From NCBI GenBank assembly GCA_964532425.1, contig CAZHIA010000005.1, forward strand, positions 66,772 through 130,771: a stretch of 64,000 bases of DNA, given 5' to 3'. The notes under the pieces are model-generated. The model had not been told where the DNA came from and made no database searches. It saw only the letters and a program-made list of their open reading frames with translations. Origin of the DNA: an uncultured Candidatus Saccharibacteria bacterium (GTDB lineage: Bacteria > Patescibacteriota > Doudnabacteria > UBA920). The translations under genes and the position numbers were made by a program. The stretch's first letter is position 1. Each line of letters begins with the position of its first letter. Shown here one piece after another: positions 1-8,859 of the stretch.

Positions 1-432
1 ATAGTGCTCGGAAGGGATCGGGAGCAAAGATTTAGCTAACAGCTTATAGCTTGCAGCTTGCAGGGTTTTTTCACCGGTCTTGGTCGTAAACAGCGTTCCT
101 GTGGCTTCGATAAAATCGCCTATGTCAAAATTATTGAGCAAAAACTTGAATTGTTCCTCGCCGATATTGTCGGATTTGAATAAAACTTGGATCTTGGCTG
201 TCCCGTCCTCAATATGAGAAAAGATCAGTTTGCCCATGGTGCGCCAGGAACGGATTCTCCCAACAAGCGTAACCGGAGTTTGCGCTTGGCTCAGCGTATC
301 AAACTGCTCCAAGACCTCCTGGTTAGCATGGGTTCGGTCCGTGGTCGAGGGGTACGGATCAACCCCAGCAGCTTTGAGCTGATCAAGGCGCTGCCTGCGG
401 AATTTGATGATGTCTTCTAATCTTTCTGACAT
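1..432 (-). CDS. lysS: lysyl-tRNA synthetase, N-terminal part. Partial: the gene continues beyond the left edge.
   Basis: Minus-strand translation from the ATG at 432 gives MSERLEDIIKFRRQRLDQLKAAGVDPYPSTTDRTHANQEVLEQF...VTLVGRIRSWRTMGKLIFSHIEDGTAKIQV. This is the class II LysRS N-terminal anticodon-binding (OB) domain. The frame stays open to position 1. Confidence 0.7.
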   Translation of the reverse strand, partial: MSERLEDIIKFRRQRLDQLKAAGVDPYPSTTDRTHANQEVLEQFDTLSQAQTPVTLVGRIRSWRTMGKLIFSHIEDGTAKIQVLFKSDNIGEEQFKFLLNNFDIGDFIEATGTLFTTKTGEKTLQAASYKLLAKSLLPIPSEHY

Positions 433-439
433 AGTAGTT

Positions 440-492
440 ACTGTAGCGTGCCCATTTATGGGCTTCTTATGGCCGATAAATCGGCACGCTAC
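440..492. promoter_or_regulatory. Imperfect hairpin (gtagcgtgcc...ggcacgctac) in the lysS 5' region.
   Basis: A 10-bp inverted repeat flanks a roughly 30-nt loop immediately upstream of the lysS start. Function unknown. Confidence 0.3.
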
Positions 493-564
493 ACTATAGC
501 TTATGAATAATCTTGTTCAAATTATACCAAAAAGTGCGAAAAACAACAAAAAAGTACCAGTTGT

Positions 565-598
565 TGACAAATTTGATAAAATATGACATTATACCAAG
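565..598 (+). promoter_or_regulatory. Candidate sigma70-type promoter for the ORF starting at 629.
   Basis: TTGACA at 565-570 followed by an A/T-rich -10 region. A strong SD (aggaggg) sits 9 nt before the ATG at 629. Confidence 0.35.
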
Positions 599-628
599 TT
601 CGTAACAAAGTTCAGGAGGGATTAAACG

Positions 629-967
629 ATGTTGTTTCCAGCTAATTTTCGCCTTAAGGACGACTCCAGGAAGCTGGTCGAGGGACTGACTGGGCCAATC
701 TGTTATTATGAGGGCTTCCATATAGATGCCCTGGTCTCCATGTACATTGTGGCCAAGATCAGCTGGCTGCAAAAGGCCGGCGTATGGGACGCCTTCTTGA
801 GGGGCGAAAGCGTCGACATCGAGGAGTTTTGTCCCAAAGACTTCTTGGGTTCGTTGGACCTGGTGGGGATGGGTACGCATGGCGTGCTGTTTGCCGCCAT
901 CGATCGATTGGCCAACGAACGGCTGAAGGGCATTGTCCCAAAGCCTGCAACTCCGGCGGAAACCTAG
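629..967 (+). CDS. hypothetical protein (112 aa)
   Basis: ORF with a strong SD (aggaggg). No recognisable motifs. Confidence 0.5.
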   Translation: MLFPANFRLKDDSRKLVEGLTGPICYYEGFHIDALVSMYIVAKISWLQKAGVWDAFLRGESVDIEEFCPKDFLGSLDLVGMGTHGVLFAAIDRLANERLKGIVPKPATPAET

Positions 968-1066
968 ACAATCAAATCACGAACGCGAGCCTGTGGGCTC
1001 GCGTTCTTCTTATTGACTGGGGTAATCAAAAAACATATAATGAGCCCACTCAAAGGAGGTGCTACC

Positions 1067-1267
1067 ATGAATATTGGCGAACCGACATTGCCTGATGTTT
1101 GGAGACTTTTTAAAATTACGTGGCCGATACTGCTCGGCACCTTGCTCTGCATACTGATGCTTTGCAGCCCGAACATACCAGTTAGCGATGCATGGATCAG
1201 TCTCTGTGCCCAGCTCGCCTTGTACGCCTGGGGCATTCGGCGGATGTTCAAGCTCACTCACCGCTGA
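1067..1267 (+). CDS. small hydrophobic hypothetical protein (66 aa)
   Basis: ATG at 1067 is preceded by the SD aaaggagg. The product is hydrophobic (WPILLGTLLCILMLC). The track ORF starts earlier, at 1013, without an SD. Confidence 0.4.
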   Translation: MNIGEPTLPDVWRLFKITWPILLGTLLCILMLCSPNIPVSDAWISLCAQLALYAWGIRRMFKLTHR

Positions 1268-1293
1268 TAACTCGCCGATTATCCCTATCGCAT

Positions 1294-1321
1294 AAAAGCG
1301 GACCTTGTTAGGTCCGCTTTT
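1294..1321. terminator. Bidirectional rho-independent terminator between the 1067 ORF (+) and greA (-).
   Basis: Stem aaaagcggacc, loop ttgtta, stem ggtccgctttt, with A-run and T-run flanks. Confidence 0.6.
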
Positions 1322-1346
1322 CTATCAGTGATACAGTATCAATACC

Positions 1347-1808
1347 TTATTCAATCGAAACTATCTCGTACTCCATTTCCCCTGCCGGTGTGGCTACGGA
1401 GAATTTCTCATTGACTTTGCGGCCGAGCAGGGCTTTACCGACCAGTGACTCGTTTGAAATTTTGCCTTCCTTGGGGTTGGCTTCATTGCTGCCAACGATG
1501 GTGTAGGTCTTTTCTTGGCCTGCAACGCGGACATGGGCGGTCGAACCGATCATAATGGTGTTGCGATGCGCAGTAGTCTGGATAATCTCCGCGTTCTTGA
1601 TGATGTCTTCGATTTCCTGGATGCGGCCTTCAATGAAGCTTTGCTCCTCGCGGGCCTGGGCGTAATCAGCATTCTCGGAAAGGTCGCCATGGGCAGCCGC
1701 TTCGCGAATGCGCTCGATCACTTCCGGGCGCTTTTTTGCGATGAGTTCCTTTAATTCTTCATTAAGCTTGGTTAAGCCTTCAGCTGTTAGTAAATACTTT
1801 TTAGACAT
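1347..1808 (-). CDS. greA: transcription elongation factor GreA
   Basis: MSKKYLLTAEGLTKLNEELKELIAKKRPEV...GDLSENADYAQAREEQSFIEGRI...STAHVRVAGQEK is a typical GreA coiled-coil plus FKBP-like domain. Start chosen at the internal ATG at 1808 (154 aa) rather than the track start at 1868. Confidence 0.85.
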   Translation of the reverse strand: MSKKYLLTAEGLTKLNEELKELIAKKRPEVIERIREAAAHGDLSENADYAQAREEQSFIEGRIQEIEDIIKNAEIIQTTAHRNTIMIGSTAHVRVAGQEKTYTIVGSNEANPKEGKISNESLVGKALLGRKVNEKFSVATPAGEMEYEIVSIE

Positions 1809-1943
1809 GTGAGTATGGAAGCTATATTGCTGCGAATTGTATGACGCGGAATATGCTTGAATGTTCAATATTAATTAATATATCCGCCCCGTAGGCGGAA
1901 TAATGTTCCTGACTGCGTATATTGTAAAGAAATGTCGTAATCT

Positions 1944-1971
1944 TGTCAATTTATTGGCAGTGTGGTATGAT
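1944..1971 (+). promoter_or_regulatory. Candidate promoter: TTGTCA-16-TATGAT with an extended-10 TG.
   Basis: ttgtca at 1944-1949 and tatgat at 1966-1971 with a TG two nt upstream. SD aaggagga at 1988-1995 precedes the ATG at 2003. Confidence 0.45.
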
Positions 1972-2002
1972 GTTTCGTTTTATTCAGATAAGGAGGATAG
2001 AT

Positions 2003-2362
2003 ATGGAATCATCAGATTCTCTCGGTAGACTGGACATCCCATATAACTGCAAATTGGAATCCAGCATGTATTGCCTCATTCAGGATGTTGCGAGCAAATG
2101 GGGCATCAGCTTTGATTCGGCAGTTCAGGGCATTCTCCACTTGGGAGCCAGAATTTACGAAGGCGCAGCACCTGGGCAATCGGTGTTTGTAGCAAATTCC
2201 GACGGAAGCGGTCCATTGCTTGAGGCAGGTAACTTTCCAGCAACTAAAGGACGGGCTACGGTTTACCGGGTCGATACTGAATGGAAAAAGCGTCGACGCA
2301 TTCAGAAAGGTGGACTCAATGGAGGAACGAGTATCGGAGAATCTCAAGGCGTGGCAGAATAA
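2003..2362 (+). CDS. hypothetical protein. Its 3' end overlaps a second frame, so a frameshift is possible.
   Basis: The SD-supported ATG at 2003 gives MESSDSLGRLDIPYNCKLESSMYCLIQDVASKWGISF.... The tail (RRRIQKGGLNGGTSIGESQGVAE) is low-complexity. Confidence 0.4.
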   Translation: MESSDSLGRLDIPYNCKLESSMYCLIQDVASKWGISFDSAVQGILHLGARIYEGAAPGQSVFVANSDGSGPLLEAGNFPATKGRATVYRVDTEWKKRRRIQKGGLNGGTSIGESQGVAE

Positions 2363-2543
2363 ACGGGTCCGGATACTGTTCAAAGAAGAACATCCGAGAT
2401 ACCATACGCGTTTGTTCGAAGGAACCTTGAACTACTTTGACGAAAAACCTCTTGAACCCGGCCAATACTGGGGCATCCTCGATTTCGGCATGAGCATTAC
2501 ATTCGAAGCTGAAAATGTGGCTGAGGCCTGGCTCGTACCGTAA
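2220..2543 (+). CDS. hypothetical protein. It may be the C-terminal continuation of the 2003 ORF after a frameshift near the A5 run at 2285-2289.
   Basis: Frame 0 is open from 2193. The track start at 2220 is a TTG, and the first ATG is at 2319. Translation ...KAWQNKRVRILFKEEHPRYHTRLFEGTLNYFDEKPLEPGQYWGILDFGMSITFEAENVAEAWLVP looks like a folded domain. Confidence 0.35.
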   Translation: MRQVTFQQLKDGLRFTGSILNGKSVDAFRKVDSMEERVSENLKAWQNKRVRILFKEEHPRYHTRLFEGTLNYFDEKPLEPGQYWGILDFGMSITFEAENVAEAWLVP

Positions 2544-2545
2544 CA

Positions 2546-2578
2546 AAACGGCTACCAACAATGGTAGCCGTTGTTTTA
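2546..2578. terminator. Bidirectional rho-independent terminator.
   Basis: aaaacggctacc, loop aacaatg, gtagccgttgtttt. Lies between the 2543 ORF end (+) and the gyrB end (-). Confidence 0.6.
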
Positions 2579-2624
2579 TATTTGCAGGTTTTAATCCTTC
2601 AACGGGCTCAGGGTCAAGTCTAAA

Positions 2625-4691
<2,067 letters not shown>

Positions 4692-4862
4692 TTAAAATAA
4701 ATACAAAAATCAATCAAAAAATACTCAATCTTTCCTATTGAATCCCTACAAGAATTATAGCATAAAATTCGCAAAAAATCCATGAAAATTATGAAAATTT
4801 CCATCTTATATAAGAGGAATATTGGCAGTGTGGATTATCAGGTTTCTTAAGTAAACCACGGT

Positions 4863-4901
4863 AAAACAAAAAGGAGTCTTTAGCTTCAATAAAAGACTCC
4901 T
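4863..4901 (-). terminator. rho-independent terminator downstream of pheS
   Basis: Minus-strand hairpin aggagtcttt / aaagactcct followed by a T-run (ttttgtttt). Confidence 0.55.
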
Positions 4902-4929
4902 GAACAGGCCCCTTTTTGTTAAATTTTTA

Positions 4930-6108
4930 CTACCTTAACTCCGCTTGATAGGTTTCCGCAGTCTGTTTGTACAGCTCATTTTGCAATGGCTCAACTTCTT
5001 CTGCCGTGAGAGTTCGTTCCGGGCTGCGGTAAATGACCCGGTAGGTGTAGCTCATACGGTCAGGTCCGAATTTGCCATCGTTTTCGTATTTATCAAGAAG
5101 CTCTACCTGTTCGACCAGGTCACCGCCTATGTGGCGGATGAGGTCAAAATAGTTATTGGGCACGAAGTCCTTTTTTACGATGAACGAAATGTCGCGAATT
5201 ACTGGCGGGAATTTGCTGACCTCGACGAATTTCTTGCCCATGTGCAGCTGTTTGGTCACCCGAGGGTCCTCACTCCAGAGCAGGCGGATATCCGGCAGAC
5301 TCATGCTGACTATGGCCAGGCGCTCCAGGCCAAAACCGAATGCCCACCCCGTGTAATTGGAAGAATCGACGCCAAGTTTTTCCAAGACTGATCCCTTGAC
5401 CACGCCGCAGCCGACGACTTCGACCCAATTGCCTTCTATTTCTACTTCCATTTCCAGGGAAGGGTCTGTATACGGGAACGTGTCGGGATTGAGACGGTAT
5501 TTTACCTCAGGCCCGAAAACAGCTTTGGCAATGGCTCCCAGAGCCTCTTCCAGGTCCTGTTGGCCCATGGTCTTCATGGCTTTCGGCACTAGGTACCAGC
5601 CATCAATTTGATGGAAGACATTCATGTGCTTGCGGTCTATTTCATCCTTGCGATAGACTTTGCCGAAACTGAACGAACCGACGGGTTGATTGTCCGCCAT
5701 GCGCTGTTTGACTGCTTCGTTCTGCAGATAGTAATACCACATAACGGTCGTGTGCGTCCGCAGGATATTGCTGTCGTCGACATAGTAGGTATCGGATTTG
5801 CTGCGTGCCGGATGGTCGGCAGGAAAATCGAACAGGTCAAAGCTGATATCAGCCGGAACAATCTCCGGAGTTTTGATAATATCGAGATCCTTAAAGTAGT
5901 CGCTTGCAAGAATCTTTTCGACGATTTCGGCGATAGGGCTGCCCGGGGTGCGCGAAAGATCGGGCATAGCAAGATACCGCCGGATGCGCTGAGCTTCGAA
6001 ATCCGTGCGCTTTTCGAGTTCTATTCTTAAACGCTGTTCCTCTTCCGTTGAAATGATGATTTCTGTTCTCATAAAGTATTCAAATTTACTTAATACATCC
6101 GGCGTCAT
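4930..6108 (-). CDS. pheS: phenylalanine--tRNA ligase alpha subunit
   Basis: Class II aaRS motifs: FPYTDPSLEMEVEI (motif 2 region) and GWAFGFGLERLAIV (motif 3). 392 aa. The alternative internal start MRTEII is at 6072. Confidence 0.9.
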   Translation of the reverse strand: MTPDVLSKFEYFMRTEIIISTEEEQRLRIELEKRTDFEAQRIRRYLAMPDLSRTPGSPIAEIVEKILASDYFKDLDIIKTPEIVPADISFDLFDFPADHPARSKSDTYYVDDSNILRTHTTVMWYYYLQNEAVKQRMADNQPVGSFSFGKVYRKDEIDRKHMNVFHQIDGWYLVPKAMKTMGQQDLEEALGAIAKAVFGPEVKYRLNPDTFPYTDPSLEMEVEIEGNWVEVVGCGVVKGSVLEKLGVDSSNYTGWAFGFGLERLAIVSMSLPDIRLLWSEDPRVTKQLHMGKKFVEVSKFPPVIRDISFIVKKDFVPNNYFDLIRHIGGDLVEQVELLDKYENDGKFGPDRMSYTYRVIYRSPERTLTAEEVEPLQNELYKQTAETYQAELR

Positions 6109-6212
6109 CCTGAACCCGACTGCAGCGGAGAGTGAAGCATCTCTTAAACTACTGGTTTAAGGGATTCTTCGTCACTCGGATGCACTCGCTCCTCAGAATG
6201 ACGCCGGATATG
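6098..6212. mobile_element. Roughly 110-nt palindromic element with terminal inverted repeats (atccggcgtcatcctga ... tcagaatgacgccggat), copy A.
   Basis: Near-perfect 17-bp TIRs. The right half matches the copy at 11217-11330 (40 of 43 nt). Its left TIR overlaps the annotated pheS start codon (ATGACGCCGGAT). Confidence 0.55.
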
Positions 6213-6243
6213 GTAGTATTTTACTTAACTTCACTTATCGCTG

Positions 6244-6699
6244 TCAATTTTGTTCAATCATCCCCGGCTCAAACTGGTTCCCCGGCTTGGTATCTGGTTT
6301 GAGTATCATTATCCCCTTCCCTGGCTCGCTGGAGAGTCCAAGCTCGAAGGCCGCGCAGATCATACCTTGGCTTTCCACACCGCGGATCTTGGCTTTCTCA
6401 AGGACAAACGGCTCATGGGCCTCGCTATGGATGTTCTGCGGGATCTGGGCACCGGGCAGGGCCAGGGCCACCATGTCTCCGACTTCAAAGTTAAAGGCGC
6501 CACAGACAACCGGGTATATTTCTTTTTCACCATCCGTCAATTGAACGACCTGCAGCCGGTCGGCATTGGGATGCTTTTCTATAGCTAAAACTCGGGCTGT
6601 AATAATGCCAGAGTAGTTATTTGTTGGGTTTTTAGCCGGTGTGTTTTTGAATAGTCTTTGAAAAAATGAAAATAATTCCATAAAATTGATAATTAACAA
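6244..6699 (-). CDS. stand-alone tRNA-binding (Myf / EMAP / PheT N-terminal-like) domain protein
   Basis: GIITARVLAIEKHPNADRLQVVQLTDGEKEIYPVVCGAFNFEVGDMVALALPGAQIP...KIRGVESQGMICAAFELGL matches the N-terminal tRNA-binding domain of PheT and CsaA/Trbp111. The rest of pheT is not at this locus. Confidence 0.75.
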   Translation of the reverse strand: MLIINFMELFSFFQRLFKNTPAKNPTNNYSGIITARVLAIEKHPNADRLQVVQLTDGEKEIYPVVCGAFNFEVGDMVALALPGAQIPQNIHSEAHEPFVLEKAKIRGVESQGMICAAFELGLSSEPGKGIMILKPDTKPGNQFEPGMIEQN

Positions 6700-6833
6700 A
6701 TTTACAAATTAAATACTCTGTATTTGCTCCTCGGCTCGGATGTTGATTGTATTCAACATCTCTCGCCTTACGTCGCAAATAAAACTTACTGCGGCCCAAT
6801 TTGTTAATTTGTAAATTATTAAATTTGTTAATA
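6689..6833. repeat. Nested inverted repeats in the intergenic region.
   Basis: Outer arms ttaacaaatttacaaattaa (6692-6711) and ttaatttgtaaatt (6808-6821). Inner hairpin gatgttga-ttgtat-tcaacatc at about 6737-6760. Confidence 0.4.
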
Positions 6834-8396
6834 GTACCTGCATTCTTCCTGGTTGCACAGGTAGCCGGTGTAGCCGGTCGGGGCAGCGCTCAGCAAGGTC
6901 TTGAGGGTAAACGTATCAAAAGTGGCAGAAACTTTGTACTCATAATCGACACCGGAAAGAGGATCTTTCGGTATGGCAGAAATGTACTGAGGCACTAAGT
7001 CAGTCTTATACTTTTGTTCCGTAGGAAATACATATTCCTGATCGCCGGCAATATTATTGTTGCTGTACAGCAGAAGTGCCGTACGAATGCTCTCCATGTC
7101 AGATTTGCGCTGGTCGTCGTACATAGCAGCCTCAGTCTCTGTCTTATACCGTATGCCGTCCGAAGCTTTGAGCTTGATCAGCTGGTTTTGAGTCTCGCTG
7201 TAGAAAGTGAGGACATAATCCGTACCGTCATCGTTCGGCGTGTAGGTATACACGAATTCATTCTTGTTTATCGGGTCAACGGGATTCATAGCTACCCTCA
7301 GATATGGTTTTATAGACGAGACCATTTCGCTAAAATTCGTCGTCTTTGGGTATGTATCAAGGTCCTTCTTGTAATTCGTAAGGGCAATTGCAATGTTTTT
7401 CATGGTGGTCGTACGCTGTGCGTCACGATCTTGTTTTGCTTCCGGAGAACCGTCTGCAGCAGCTGATGAAGCGGAGTTTGTCGTCTCCGGGGTCGTGGAA
7501 GGAACAGCAGGAACTGTTGTACTGGTGGAAGTCGCTGGAGTGGCAGGGGTGAATTTATAGGTGGTTATTAAGACCTCACCCAGCGCGGTTATGGTCGGCT
7601 GGTGAAGATTAAACTGCTTCATCTTGGCCGTTATGGTATCAATCTCGGCCTGGGTCATGGCATTGCCCGTTTGCAAGCTATAACCGCCCTTGATAAAGTC
7701 GGAATCGGAATATTTTGGGTCTCCGGCAGAGTGACTATTGAGCGGATCGCTCATAAAGACATGAAATTCGTCGCCATCAGCAAGGCCATCCTGGTCTGAG
7801 TCCGGATTATTTGGATCGGTCTTCATTTTAAATTCTTCCTGATTGCTCAACCCGTCACGGTCCGCATCGGCATCCGGCCCGCACTGGTTCGGGCTTTGGC
7901 AGTTGTCTGTGTTGAAATATTTCACCAGCCAGTCTTTCCATTCCTGGGTATTTTCCACGGAAGAAGGTTCAGTTGAGCTGGCCTGGCCCTGGTCGTTCCC
8001 TGGTTGCTCCTTATTTGGTTTGGGTGCATTCTCATTCAAAACAATATCGCTTTTTGAAAGCGATACTACAAATTTTTCATAGATAAAATAGCCGGCAGCA
8101 CCTGCAACCGCCAAAATGACAATTATGATAATCCCCCATTTCATGTATTTATTCATTGGTCCGCGTGGTGCCTGCGCCGCCGGCGGTTCTTGCTCGATTT
8201 TTACCACCGGACTGACAACATCCCCGGTCTTTTTTTGGCGAGGCATGACATTATAAAACAAATACTCCGGTTCGGCGGATGCTTGAATTTTCTGTTCCTG
8301 ATCAGGCTGTGTCGGCTGTTGATCCGGTTTATCTGCGGGTTTGACGGGTTGAAGGTTAGGATTCTGGGTATCCATATGAATAAGCGAACTCGGCAC
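6828..8396 (-). CDS. membrane-anchored extracellular protein with thrombospondin type-3-like Ca-binding repeats and two GspG-like pseudopilin globular domains
   Basis: One N-terminal TM (WGIIIIVILAVAGAAGYFIY). DxDxDG repeats (DADADRDGLSNQEEF, DPNNPDSDQDGLADGDEF). Two copies of the RxxD[IM]xxIxxALxxY...Y[PF] motif (RDAQRTTTMKNIAIALTNYKKDLDTYP, RKSDMESIRTALLLYSNNN) typical of GspG/pseudopilin cores. T/P/S-rich linker. Confidence 0.65.
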   Translation of the reverse strand: MPSSLIHMDTQNPNLQPVKPADKPDQQPTQPDQEQKIQASAEPEYLFYNVMPRQKKTGDVVSPVVKIEQEPPAAQAPRGPMNKYMKWGIIIIVILAVAGAAGYFIYEKFVVSLSKSDIVLNENAPKPNKEQPGNDQGQASSTEPSSVENTQEWKDWLVKYFNTDNCQSPNQCGPDADADRDGLSNQEEFKMKTDPNNPDSDQDGLADGDEFHVFMSDPLNSHSAGDPKYSDSDFIKGGYSLQTGNAMTQAEIDTITAKMKQFNLHQPTITALGEVLITTYKFTPATPATSTSTTVPAVPSTTPETTNSASSAAADGSPEAKQDRDAQRTTTMKNIAIALTNYKKDLDTYPKTTNFSEMVSSIKPYLRVAMNPVDPINKNEFVYTYTPNDDGTDYVLTFYSETQNQLIKLKASDGIRYKTETEAAMYDDQRKSDMESIRTALLLYSNNNIAGDQEYVFPTEQKYKTDLVPQYISAIPKDPLSGVDYEYKVSATFDTFTLKTLLSAAPTGYTGYLCNQEECRYY

Positions 8397-8417
8397 GCTT
8401 TTAAACTTTTTGTTTCT

Positions 8418-8813
8418 TTAAATTTTGAGATTAAAGAAGGCTTCGAGGCAGACGAGGAACATTATCAGTGTGGCTTCCACCCACCAGTACAAAAGACCTT
8501 GGGAAGATAAGATGATCGATGCTGTCAGCAATACAGCCAGGAGCAGGGCTTGGCGGAAACTGATACCGAAATTCAGGAGGAAGGCCGTGCGCGCTAAAGC
8601 TTGTCTGAATCCCAGTCCTACCAGCGTGGCCAGGCTGGTTACGAAGATGAAGACACTTGCATATAGAAATACGAAAGTAAGCGTGCTTGCTGTTTGCGGC
8701 TCTGTGTACGTCATAATTGCCCCTGTCGAGAAAGCCGCCAGGAACATACTCAGGAACAGATAGAACGTACTTTGTTTTGAAGATCTCAACATTTTGATTA
8801 TACCATAGATCAC
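8418..8813 (-). CDS. hypothetical multi-pass membrane protein
   Basis: Four hydrophobic segments. SD ggagtg upstream of the ATG at 8813. The overlapping ORF 8431-8823 in another frame is not protein-like. Confidence 0.5.
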   Translation of the reverse strand: MIYGIIKMLRSSKQSTFYLFLSMFLAAFSTGAIMTYTEPQTASTLTFVFLYASVFIFVTSLATLVGLGFRQALARTAFLLNFGISFRQALLLAVLLTASIILSSQGLLYWWVEATLIMFLVCLEAFFNLKI

Positions 8814-8859
8814 TGATTAACACTAATCACTCCCCTTACTGTCAGTGTGTATCAGTGCA

